DNA of 63,995 bases, the filler included, from Reticulomyxa filosa (taxonomy: Eukaryota > Protista > Foraminifera): assembly GCA_000512085.1 (NCBI GenBank). It is 16 parts of 16 records of this genome, joined end to end, with 100 filler letters (N's around TTAATTAATTAA, not from the genome) between each part and the next. Parts side by side here need not be neighbours in the genome. Positions count along the whole stretch, not along the records: positions 51,159 to 55,213 come from ASPP01008237.1; positions 55,314 to 57,650 come from ASPP01002949.1; positions 57,751 to 59,473 come from ASPP01026185.1; positions 59,574 to 60,614 come from ASPP01005662.1; positions 60,715 to 62,803 come from ASPP01015058.1; positions 62,904 to 63,995 come from ASPP01012380.1; 10 more parts are not named here. One strand, 5' to 3'. The notes beneath the pieces are model-generated. The model saw only the letters and a program-made list of their open reading frames with translations, ran no database searches and was not told where the DNA came from. Shown piece by piece: positions 52,671 through 63,995 of this stretch. The translations under genes and the position numbers were made by a program. Within the stretch, counting starts at the first letter, position 1, and each line of letters opens with the position of its first letter.

Positions 52671-53929
52671 AAGATGATTTTTTCTTTTTGAGGAAAATTT
52701 ATTGGATGAGCATAAACTCAGGACTTATTGATTTTTGCTTATCATCAGAATTAATAAAATTGCTATATAAATGAGCTTAACAAAAAATTATCACTTTTCG
52801 TATTTTTTTCAATACATTTGTACAATAAGGCAAAAATAAAGCAAGTATTTTGTAGTTACTATTTTTTTCACACAAAAGGTGTTAGTAAAATTTTTTAAAA
52901 TTAGAAATACTTTGTTATCATTTCCTATTATTATCTAGCTAATTTTTTTGTAACTTTCACGTTTTTGATTGCCAAGCGCTCAACAAATAACATCGTTGTA
53001 GAGAGATTGTCGGATTATTTAATCATGATACTCGATATACACGTGTGATGACCCTGAGAAAAAAATGAAAAAGGGGAAAAAAAAGGGAGTTAGTAAATCA
53101 TTGAACTAGCGTTTCAAGTGGCTATTACACAAACGTGTCTTGCATTAGAATAGATCTATGAACATGGATTCTTTTTTCTTTTTATCTTTGTTATGTACAT
53201 GCAATTGAAAAAGGAACATTTATACAACACTGCAAATTGATTTTAAACCTGGATGAGTCAAACATGCAGCATTGTGCAATGCACAACGAAAAAGATGGAT
53301 GAAGTGATGGAAAAAAAAGAGAATACTTGTGACAACAAGTCACAAGTTGGAAGTGAAATTGTGTAATGTCTTATGAATAGCTCCATTTTTAAAACTAAAC
53401 AAAAAAATTGCATATAAACGAGAAAGTGTAACAATGAATGCTGCGTTTCAGCCAAATCAGCAAGCAAAGTTTAAACGAAAATCAGTTATTTTTTTGTTTG
53501 ATTGAAATAACAGTATAAACAAATCAAGTAATTAGCAATTATATCAAATTCGAATGGCCGGTTGGAGAAATTATTAAAGTAATTCTTCAAATGAAGAAAA
53601 AAACTTGATGCGTTAGTTAATAAATAAAAAAATACATATAAATCGATAATACCGCCAATTTATAATTAAAGAATATCTTTTATGGCGGGAGATGTTCAAT
53701 CAAAATTGTTCAACTACAAATCGTGATGTTCTTTGGGCTGTTTCAGTTTGGTTACATTTTTTTTTCATATACTCCCTTTAAGCGTTATTAAGACTATTGT
53801 TGCAATGTTTATATAAACAAAAATTTTTTTTGAAAGCAGAATTGCAAAGATTTAGAGCATATGCAAAAAAAAATATAGTTTGGCAAACAAAAAAAAAGGG
53901 CTATTCTAAAAAAAAAGTTTCAATGTGCT

Positions 53930-54520
53930 TTAGGGGCAAGGGGGGATGATTTCGAACTTTTGATATTAGACCACAATTTACACCTTAACTGTGGATTTAT
54001 TACACATAGTACAGAACAGTTGTTAATGTAAAGACGATGAAGTGCGACATCACTAGCATGTTTCCAGACATTGACGGGATTGGAAGTAACCAGTTGTGTG
54101 CATTGTTTGCACAAAACGAAATCTGACGAAAAAATTGACTGTAGTGAAACTGCTGCCCAAGCTATTGACATAGATCGACTTAGATTCAATTGTTACTTCA
54201 CGCCGTTTTAGAAAGCACCGATACAAACAACAGCCGATTCCGATCGCATATGTGGCTGGTGAGGACAATGATTTGCATATATACTATATGAAGATTGTAA
54301 CAACACTCATAAATTTAGTCATTGAACTGGAGAAGTTTTCTACAAATTTTACTCAAATGATCAAGATTTCCACGACGCAGTCTGAATACAAGCGATTATT
54401 TGCGTACTATCGCCAGCTGTTTAGTCTGTCGTTGAAACAGATACCTGATTGAGTGACCATAACAATCAATTTTTTGATCATTATGTCAATGCTGATCCCA
54501 ATTACCACTTTCAAGCGTGT
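53930..54520 (+). pseudogene. Degenerate coding-like segment, family unknown
   Basis: Higher GC than flanks; one frame is readable for well over 100 codons but is interrupted by several stops; ends near a GTAAGT donor. Confidence 0.25.
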
Positions 54521-56487
54521 AAGTATGATTTGTAATTAAATCTAAAGTTTGTTGTTATTGTTATTATTATATCTTTTTCTTATGATACTGTCCAATAACA
54601 AACAATAATAAAAAAAATTACAGCAATCCAATGGCATGGTGAACCACAAAACTTTATGTGCTATACAACAGCTGCACAATACACAATCATATTATTATAA
54701 TATCGCCAATATTTACAACAATCTCAAATAAACATCATCAAGCGTGTCTACATTTGGCTCAATCTTAAAAGGAAAAATTATTGCTATGATCACTTCACAA
54801 TGCTTATAATTCAATATGTGAATATCTACAAAACTGAAACTAATTCAATCGACAGGCCGAAACAACAAAGTCAAAAAGATTTAAAAAGTAAACAAATTTA
54901 ACTTGCTTTCTTTATTGTCGAGTCAATAAAGAAATGAATTTGAGAATGCAAAACAAAACAAGTAGTAACAACAGTAACAAAAAAAAGGGCTCAGAACTTT
55001 GCTCATAACTTAGAAATTTTGTAGTTATTTATTTTGCAGTTTTGTTCTTTTTGTTATGGAATTTTCATCTAATGGTTGTCAATCAATATTTCGGCAACAA
55101 AATAATCGAAATGAAAAAATCAATATCGAACACCTAAAAAAAAAAAAGGTAAATCTTAAAAATTGTTTTAAAAAAGATTGGCAAATTTCATGACTACGAG
55201 AAAAATACTATTGNNNNNNNNNNNNNNNNNNNNNNNNNNNNNNNNNNNNNNNNNNNNTTAATTAATTAANNNNNNNNNNNNNNNNNNNNNNNNNNNNNNN
55301 NNNNNNNNNNNNNGGTTTGTAAAAAATCAAGAAATAACGCGATGGCTTCCGAATGACAGAACAAATGCCGACTCCTTTCTGTTATACGTTATTCTTCTTC
55401 CTACATGACAGCAAGAAGATACTACTCGATGTCTGTGGCAAGAATCAATTCCTAATTTCGCACAGTCTTATGCGTGGCTCTTTTGAGCACTTATTGTTTT
55501 TTTCTTTGCAAAATCAGTATATTTAATTCCAGTTTCAAAAACAAAATTGAACATCAAATCGAATCTATTTGCATATTCTCTACTTTCTTTGAGAAATTTT
55601 TTACGATACAACCAATTTTTTATAAAACGAATAATTCTTTAAAAGAACCAAAATAATTAAAATACAACAATAAAAACAAATGTTCACGATGTATTTTATG
55701 AAGAAAGAATTAGCAAATTTCATGAATACAGAAAAACACGACTGTCAATTTTTTTCAAAATTAAAAAAATTAAATGATGACACAAATTTGGAAAAAATTT
55801 CGAAACATGAAATAAAAAATCAAAACGATATTAAAACTACAGCAATATTTTTTAATGGAAAATAATTTAAATGCACTCTACATTAAAGTGTTATCATTGT
55901 AAAAACATAAGCGTACCCAAAATGAACTTCGCAAAATGACCCATTTTCCAAAAAAACAAATGTTATGTTATTAGTTTGAAGTACATGAAAGATTATTGTG
56001 TAGGAACAGTCGTGCGACTAGTGTAATACGAAAGGAATTTTGTTCCAAAAACAGAATTTGTAAAACGAAATGAATTAAACAAAGATAATCATAAAGCAAA
56101 AAGGAACGAGAAACAAGAAAAGGAGTGTTGTTTATTGAGAGAGTTTAGCCTACTGGGGGCGCTCCAGTTCAGCCGTCTACAGTAGGGACTTACCCTACAA
56201 TTGTAACTGTAGCATTTAAAATGTTATTTATTAAATGTGCGTTTTTTATGTTGAAAATAGATAATGTATAAAATTTTTAAAATATGTAATAATGTAAAAC
56301 TAACAAGATTTAGTAATTACAAACATTACTTTTAAAACTTAGTAATGGACATATAGTGCAAAGCAAATCTTGCACGAAACAATAGTCGGGCTCTGTTAAA
56401 TTGTAAAAAGGGTCGAGTTACTCGTTTCAGCAAGAGAAAAGTATTAATAAGGGTAAACAATAATCCATCTGCTCAATTTACAACAGA

Positions 56488-57580
56488 ATGGCGTCAGATA
56501 AATTCCGGAGCACGAACAAGGGAACTGCAGAAGTGTACGATGACAACTGGTACAACCGGTTTTTGGAGAAGACGCAGAAAAAGACAAAGCTAAAGCATCA
56601 CGGCCGTATGTGTTATGTAGATCCGAACGAACTGTTTCCACAAGCAACTTACTATTTATCACAGCAATCACAACGACCGACGCAATACGTGAATGGCCAC
56701 AGCGGAGATTCATCTTTGTCTCCAACGCCAGAGCCTGGTATGTATAAAAAATTAAGTGTGACGTGGAATTTTGAATAGACAAAAAAATCAAAAAGGTATG
56801 AAGAGAAAGAAGCAGACAGATAATTTTTTTTTATTTGAATGGTACAGAAAGAGAAGTGGGAGTAGAGATGGTGATTAGCGATAAAACAACAGAAAAAACA
56901 GATGACAAAACTGAGTTGGAAACAATGCTATCAGACGCAAAAGGTTCAATGAGTGCCCGCGAAACGAAAGAACCAGCACAGTATGATACATTAAAATCAC
57001 AAGCTGACACCCTGAAATCGCAAGCCGACACCCTAAAATCGCAAGGTGATACTCTGAAATCAGAAGTGGCGACCACTGGAACGGAAGAAGATTTTGCAAA
57101 GCAGGGCATAAGTTTAAAAACTTGCAAAACCTCAGACTAAAAAAAAATAAATAAATAAATAAATTGTTTTTTTTTTTTTGGATCAAATAGAAAAAGGATC
57201 GGTCACAACGTCTCCTAAATACGGGACATGGGACGGTGCATTTGTGAATGTATTTGTCAGTATTCTGGGTGTGATCATGTTCTTGCGATTGGCCTTTGTT
57301 GTTGGCGAAACTGGATTGCCATATTTTATCGTTATTTTGGGTTTATCCACGCTAGTCACAGTTTTAACTAGTTTGTCTTTGTCTGCAATTTGCAGTAACG
57401 GAATTCCAAAAGGAGGCGGCGCGTACTACATGATCAGTCGTACTATTGGCCCGCATATCGGAACAGCCATTGGATTATTGTTGAGTATTGGAATGAGTGT
57501 TGCCATTTCTTCTTATATCATTGGATTTGCTGAGACAATGCAATCAAATATTGGTTTGGTTACAGATTCTCCCAGAAATG
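56488..57580 (+). CDS. SLC12 cation-chloride cotransporter, 5' part
   Basis: KYGTWDGAFVNVFVSILGVIMFLRLAFVVG, LTSLSLSAICSNG, GGGAYYMISRTIGP, YIIGFAET; upstream exons 56488-~56737 and ~56848-57105; 3' part off-contig. Confidence 0.9.
56985..57065 (+). repeat. Coding 21-bp tandem repeat x~4 (DTLKSQA)
   Basis: DTLKSQA-DTLKSQA-DTLKSQG-DTLKSE, with mostly synonymous differences between units. Confidence 0.9.
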
Positions 57581-58570
57581 GTTTATTTTTATGTGTTTGG
57601 TTTATTTTTGTGTTGGTTTATTTTGTATCTTTTTTTTTTTTTTTTTGACCNNNNNNNNNNNNNNNNNNNNNNNNNNNNNNNNNNNNNNNNNNNNTTAATT
57701 AATTAANNNNNNNNNNNNNNNNNNNNNNNNNNNNNNNNNNNNNNNNNNNNTTTGATGATACCTTCAATGAGAAGAAATAATTGTTTAAAATTAGGTACGA
57801 TGGACATCTTACAGTTATTTGAATGGAAGGGATTTAAACAAAAATTTTCGAAAACAATACTACTATTCTATCAGATGCTTATGTTTGACTTAAAAATTGC
57901 TATATTTTCACTCCAGTGTATTGTAATTAATAAAAAAGAAATCTGATATCCCAAAAAACTTTAAAAAACGACTTTTCATGTCCTTCTCCTTTTTTAAAAA
58001 AATTAAACTACTTCATAGCTTCTCAACATTAAACATTAGCAGCCAAATCTTTTAAACTTTGAAGGAGTTGACTATTCTGCTTCCTGACTCCCAATATGTG
58101 TAACACAGCACGAAATCCTCGCTTGTGGAGGTAAACTTAAGAGCTTGTTATTCTTACTATAAACCCAAAAACAAATAAAGTTTATCTTCAATTAAAAGGA
58201 CACTGTGTAATGAAGCTGGTGGATAATAATAGCAAAGACAAAAATCAAATTACCTTGGCATTTAATCTTTAACTTTGAGTTTTTTGACTTGCTTTTAAGT
58301 TAAGTACTTAATTGTTCGAGAGAATTTATTGTTAAAACTTTCCAAAATTTTCTGATTGTATGCAAATTCGCAAAGAGGGAAATTTCTTTTGAGAATGCAT
58401 TTGACAAAGCGCTTTACACAAGTCTGATTTATCAACTTAGAAGTTGTAAAAGATTTAACAGACAGAAATACAATTGAAAAATAGACTGCTATTTACATGT
58501 TTACACCTTTTCGTTTCTTGGAAAAAAAAAGTTCAAACATTTTTATCTTATATCTGAAAAAGATTAAAAG

Positions 58571-59473
58571 ATGACCACTATTAACAATGAAAAACAAACT
58601 TCAACGCAACTCACATTGGTAAGCTTTGGATCTTTTCAAAGGCTAGTTACGTTTAGGTTTTTACTGTATTTACTGTGTGCAATACGTGATTGAATTAGTT
58701 AGAGAAAAAAGATGAAGAGATAAAAGTAATCATCAAACATTGGATCCGAATATTAAACGTTAAAGTAGGATGGATTCATGATTTGGACAAATTTGTTGTC
58801 AATTATGTTATGTTTATTTGTTTTTTATTCAATATGTTTAAATTTCTATTTACTATTATTTGTTATTATCACTTAACATAGGCAACCGCAGTTTTCATGC
58901 TGGATACATTTCGTTCATCATCCAAATTAATAAACACACTCACTGGGCATACTAATAATGTGTGGGGTATTGATTATTCAACGGTTGATAATAATAAGTT
59001 AATTTGTTCAGTATCAAATGATAAAACAGTTCGCGTATGGGATATTGATAACAACAAACAAATTCAATTATTTAATGGGCATTCCAGTCATACGTATTGC
59101 GTAAAATTTTCACCGTATCACTATTACACTAAGGGTTGTAATGTAATTTGTTCTTCATCACAAGACAAAACGATTCGTTTTTGGGATTTAAAAAAAAATC
59201 AACAATTGAAAATATTTAACGAACACAACGGTTGGGTCGGTGGCATTGAATTCTCACCTTTTAATGGTGGTAGATATTTGTTTTCTGGATCATATGACAG
59301 AACTATTCGTTTATGGGATGTTGAAACATACAAACCATTAAATATTTTCAATGGACATGAAGGTGTTATTTGGTGTGTTGATATTTCACCACTACAAAGC
59401 AATAACAAGAATAATGACAAAATTAATAGTATTGGTGTGATTGGTGGTAGTGGATATACAATTTGTTCTGGAT
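58571..59473 (+). CDS. WD40-repeat protein of the expanded foraminiferan family, 3'-partial
   Basis: MTTINNEKQTSTQLTL|...EEIKVIIKHWIRILNVKVGWIHDLDKFVVNY|ATAVFMLDTFRSSSKLINTLTGH, then at least three complete GH...WD repeats. Confidence 0.9.
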
Positions 59474-59812
59474 NNNNNNNNNNNNNNNNNNNNNNNNNNN
59501 NNNNNNNNNNNNNNNNNTTAATTAATTAANNNNNNNNNNNNNNNNNNNNNNNNNNNNNNNNNNNNNNNNNNNNATCTTTTTCGACCCCTTTGTCATCAAA
59601 CCACTCAAACAATTGGTCCTTAACCTTAGAAAAATAATGCACACATCTTCGAGAAATTTTTCAAAAAAAAAAAAAAAGGATGGAAGGACTGTGTTTTGTG
59701 TGTGAAAAAAGACGGCAAGGAAAATTTAATTTGAAATCCCCTATTATTTTATTTTTGTTGTGCAATCAGTACTTTCGCAACGCACTTTACGTTTTTCAAA
59801 AAAACTTGGAAC

Positions 59813-60596
59813 ATGTTACGACCCTTTTTATCTAGAAATTATCTAAGTCGAGGCTTCCGTGCTATGAGCAGTGTCTCCACACAAACACAAAAAATAGTTG
59901 GCACACATAATGGAACGTAAGTGGTCTTGTCATTTTCAGTCACTTCTGTTTTGTTTTGTTTTTTTCTTTTGACTACTTTTGTTTTTGTTGTGTCTTGTTA
60001 GCTTTCATTGTGACGAGATTATGGCAATAAAAATGTTGACAAGCTATACCAACGAGTACAAAAACAGCAGTTGCGACAAGGAAGGAAGAGAAAGAGGGGG
60101 GGGGAGAGAGGACAAAAAAAGAGTTTTGGAAACGGAGTTCGAAAGGGACAAAAAAAAAAAAAAAAAAAAAAAATGTATAAAACAATAGGGATAATAAGAA
60201 GCCGGAAGCCAGAAGAATTGGAGAAGTGTGACCTGATTGTGGACGTAGGAGGCGAGTTTGATTTGAAGAAGAATAGATTCGATCATCATCAAAGGGAGTT
60301 CTTCCAAACATTTTCAGCCAAGCATAATACTAAGCTCTCTAGTGCCGGATTAATTTACAAGTTCAAACAAACATAGTTTTTATTATTATTATTATTATTA
60401 TTACTTATTATTATTATTAAATTGAATTAAATTGGATTCAATTCAATCACACAAACGTATACATATTACATACGTATATAGATACTTTGGGAAAGAAGTG
60501 ATAGCAAACATACTAAAGAAAACAGACGAAGAGAAAAAAATGCACAGCAAATGGACCGAGGAACAGATTGACAAGATTTATCTTTACGTCTATGAG
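59813..60596 (+). CDS. MYG1: MYG1 (UPF0160) DHH-family exonuclease, 5' part
   Basis: IVGTHNG-|FHCDEIMA, IIRSR, DLIVDVGGEFD...RFDHHQREF, KLSSAGLIYK|YFGKEVI. Confidence 0.93.
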
Positions 60597-60790
60597 GTAT
60601 TTTTTTTTTTTTTTNNNNNNNNNNNNNNNNNNNNNNNNNNNNNNNNNNNNNNNNNNNNTTAATTAATTAANNNNNNNNNNNNNNNNNNNNNNNNNNNNNN
60701 NNNNNNNNNNNNNNGACATTGATTCGTATACCCCCCCCCCCCTCTCCATCTTTTTCAATCTTTTACGATTGGAAACCACGAACAACTTAG

Positions 60791-61045
60791 GCAATTGTAG
60801 ATAACGCCGCCTCTCCAAACAAAACTTTGCCAACACAAAGTATCACGAACACCAACGGCAATCCCTCGACGTCAACAACAACAACAACAACAACAATTTG
60901 GAGTGACAGACAACGTGAAATTGGGAATGTCATTTATCGTCAATTGCAATCCGAATTTCCCACTAAAGTTGCCAAACTCACAGGGATGCTTTTGTCCTTG
61001 CCGGCGGACGAACTGGACAGATTGTTGCAGACAATCATACACTGA
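60791..61045 (+). CDS. Terminal exon encoding an MLLE/PABC-like domain
   Basis: QREIGNVIYRQLQSEFPTKVAKLTGMLLSLPADELDRLL, compared with the PABC consensus KQxLGExLY...AGKITGMLLE. Confidence 0.7.
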   Translation, partial: AIVDNAASPNKTLPTQSITNTNGNPSTSTTTTTTTIWSDRQREIGNVIYRQLQSEFPTKVAKLTGMLLSLPADELDRLLQTIIH

Positions 61046-61715
61046 AAACAAGAGCCTTCCAATTTTGTCAGCTCTTGGGCACCAAATAATTCTTTTTTTT
61101 GGCATTTTTTCTTACTCAGGTTACAACTTCCTCCTTTTTTTTTGTCTTTTTTTCCATCGTGTGTATTCAATTTTTTTTGGGTTCTTTTAGGTTATATTTG
61201 GTACAAAAAAAAAAAAATTAACTTTTTTTTTTAATCAAGGGTTTTGTGTTCTTCTTTTTCTTTTTTTTTAATAAAGATAGATTTTAATCCTTATTCTGTG
61301 TTTTCGAAACGTGATGTTTTTTAATTTATTTTTGGTTGTAACAAAATGAGCCGTTTAAGCTTGCTTTTCTCCTTGTTTATGTGTTTTTGTCCACAAAAAA
61401 AAAAAAACAAATGATCTTTTAGTTATACACCGTGGCCGTCTTCTTGGTCATAACAACAGAAAGCAGGTGTTTTTTTTTTTTCTGTGATATTAATTAACAA
61501 ATATTATATCACTAGTTTTCTCGTTTATCAGTTTTCGTTTTCGATCAAGTAGGTTCCTGCCAACTACTCTGCGTGTGTGTAAAAAAATCCTCTTTATCGT
61601 ACCGCTGCTAAACAATCGCAGGATGACAAATGAATTAGTTAAAAAAAAAAACATGATTTTTATTTATTTATTATATGTTTTTGACTGATTTGGCATTGGT
61701 ACTCATGTGTCGAAG

Positions 61716-62803
61716 GAAAAAGTGAAAAGGTGAACACAAAACACAAACTGCAGTGTATCAAAGCGAATATATTGCAGAAACGGTCTCCGAAGGGTATCCG
61801 TGGTTTTCGATGGCAAAAAAGGATGTTCCGATTGTTTCATGACCGAATATCGTACTCGAGTATCCAAGAAGACATGACATTGGGAGAAATTCCGTTGGCC
61901 TGCATTACAAATGTGGTGGAAGCACCGCAGAGCAAAGGAACACGTTTTGATTTGATAATGGGGAATTTTCGAACATTTGAATTGCAAGCATCGACAATAG
62001 TTGAATTTTTTTTTTTTAAAAAAAAATAATACATATACATATATATATATATATATATGCATATATATGTATGTGTGAAAGGCGATAGCAAAAGAGTGGG
62101 TGACAGCAGTGCGTGAGATCGTGGAAAGGACAGAAATCAGCGAAAGACAAGGAATGCTACGAGAACAAAGAGAAAAGTTTTGGAAGTTGGAAGACGAGAT
62201 AAAAAACGACGATCAAGAAGAGGTATTTCCTCGAGAAGGACTATTGAATCGTTTCAAGTTGGGGAAGACAGGAGGAACAGGAACAGCAGGAACGAGAACA
62301 GGAACAGAGACAACAATGACTCAAAGTAGGAACAGCACCGATGAGAAATATAATAGCAATCTGGAATCGAGCGAGAGTCCCCGTGGGAAGAGCGTCGAAA
62401 AGGGAGGGGGTGGATCATCTCGATGGATACGTCTATTTTCGAAGCAATCAACGGCGTCAGACGCAGTGCTGCACACGAGTTCGAAGAACAAGACGACGAG
62501 CACAAATAATAGTGGAGGCAGCAAGATTGGGGGAAGCGAGCGGAGAATCGAAGGCGTGGGATATGGACAGCGCGACACCTTGCACAAGATTGAAGAGAAA
62601 TCAGAAGACGTGGGGAGTAATAGTGGATCACTGCAATGGAATGTAAAAGCGGAGCTCGGCGTGCAGCAGCAACAGCAGCAGCAGCAGCAGCAGCCCACAT
62701 CGCCAAAGGCGTTTTCACGCTCTCAAATTCGAGGATCCAAAGTGGAGCAGTTTCCACATCACGATGCGGCTGCAAAGAGTCCTAGTGCTCGTGACTTGAG
62801 TAA
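61716..62803 (+). CDS. PH-domain protein with low-complexity/polyQ tail (start unresolved, 3'-partial)
   Basis: LQKRSPKG...WQKRMFRL...LGEIPL...RFDLI...RTFELQAS|...KEWVTAVREIV; intron ~62000-62081; polyQ near 62664-62693. Confidence 0.75.
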
Positions 62804-62906
62804 NNNNNNNNNNNNNNNNNNNNNNNNNNNNNNNNNNNNNNNNNNNNTTAATTAATTAANNNNNNNNNNNNNNNNNNNNNNNNNNNNNNNNNNNNNNNNN
62901 NNNAAA

Positions 62907-62940
<34 letters not shown>

Positions 62941-62960
62941 TATTTTTATACATACATAGA

Positions 62961-63960
62961 TTAAATCACAAAAGAACAAACAGAATGAATAAACTGAAGA
63001 GACAGAGTTGTTGAAAGTGAAGATGGCTTAAGTGGTTCATAGTGATTATTTGAGAGAGACAACAGATTAGACTCTGCAAAGGTACTTTGATCAGTGGTGG
63101 CAATGGTGTTTTGACTCGTTTCCGTATGCTTTAGCAGCTGCAACATTTGCGCGTCTAATTGGGCAAGGTTTTGGTTGTTATTGGACAGTGTGTCGCTTCG
63201 TTGTTTTTGCATTATTTGCTGCAAAAACCCAATGGTCGCAATTGGCGGTTTGGTCACTTCTTTGCCGTTGGAAGAAGAGCGCACGTCTTTGGAGGCTCGC
63301 TTATTCATCTGCTTTTCGAGTGGAATGGCTTGAAATATGACATTTTGATTTAAAGGTATTTCATGTCTCCACAGGCAAAGAGCACCTCGATGACAACCCA
63401 GAATCGAAAAGAAATCCCAGCAAATGTCCCAATCCTGACCAATCAATGCCTTTTTATTTATTTGTTTGTTTGATTGATTGATTGATTGATTGATTCTTCA
63501 TGCTTTATTTTTGTTGTATCAACATAATGTTTAAAAAAAAAAAAAAATAACAATAGAAAAATACTTCATTTGGATTGGCAATAATAATTTGCTGCGATAA
63601 GTCGGCTTTGGAAAGTACCGAAAGACGCTCGTGCATTTTGGGTCCATGTTGCACAGAGAAATCCTTGTCGTGATTTGTGCCGTTCTCTTGCTTGTCGATG
63701 CAGTTATCCTGAGGGACACGAATCATTATTTGGTCCGATTGCAAGAGCTCATTGTCGGTGGACTCGTCGGAACATTGCGCTTGCGTGGACGCTTTGAACA
63801 ATACTTTCCGGCCCTTGCGATTCATGTCCACTTCAGTGGGAATCGACACAATAAAATTAGCTTTCGACATTTGGTCCGTCGTTTTGTCATTGTCACTTTT
63901 GTTGGTGTTGTTCTTCTTGTCTATTACCACAATTTTGCTGTCTCCCTCCAACGAAGACGT
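62961..63960 (-). CDS. Hypothetical protein, internal exons
   Basis: Two minus-strand coding-like ORFs (63505-63951, 62961-63446) separated by an intron-like stretch; no family recognised. Confidence 0.4.
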
Positions 63961-63995
63961 TTACCATTGCCGTTATTATTATTATTATTATTATT

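Noticed and set aside
58075-58145. TCCTCGC, identical to the HDV ribozyme L3 loop, with a possible P1
   Set aside because: No P1.1 GG, P2 partner or J4/2 could be placed; probably chance.
25802-62903. TTAATTAATTAA motif flanked by Ns, repeated 15 times
   Set aside because: Artificial contig linker with six-frame stops; not a biological repeat or CRISPR array. ORFs containing X runs and any gene clustering across these spacers are artefacts.
1-63995. Alternative genetic code, or prokaryotic/viral defence systems
   Set aside because: TAA and TGA terminate conserved genes normally, and in-frame stops occur only in visibly decayed copies; no operons, cas genes, tRNA or rRNA were detected.

Overview
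This is eukaryotic DNA, not prokaryotic: AT-rich and full of short GT-AG introns. It is a concatenation of 16 separate contig pieces joined by 15 artificial 100-bp spacers (N44-TTAATTAATTAA-N44), so adjacency across spacers has no biological meaning. The lineage-typical WD40 and kelch-like family members, the intron style and the many degraded gene and LINE copies point to a foraminiferan (Rhizaria), most likely Reticulomyxa filosa; this is inferred from recalled family signatures, not from a search. Recognisable genes: a bacterial-type SGNH/GDSL esterase with introns and an N-terminal membrane anchor, UTP18, a ~13.7-kb SZT2 (KICSTOR scaffold)-like gene, proteasome RPN1/PSMD2, a PWI + RS/RD protein (RBM26/27-type PWI), the 3' end of Tudor-SN, a sulfotransferase, part of a HUWE1/Tom1-like E3 ligase, an SLC12 cation-chloride cotransporter, a WD40 protein, MYG1, an MLLE-domain terminal exon and a PH-domain protein. 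Pseudogenes: L-galactono-1,4-lactone dehydrogenase (GLDH), TPR and kelch-like. There are scrambled non-LTR retrotransposon (RT + RNase H) remnants and a poly(A)-tailed repeat found twice in antisense orientation. The most intriguing non-coding signal is a compact, highly pairable GC-rich island at ~56138-56213 that partly fits an HDV-like ribozyme fold. No rRNA, tRNA or CRISPR array was seen. I found no clearly novel multi-gene system. Exon boundaries were read by eye and are approximate.
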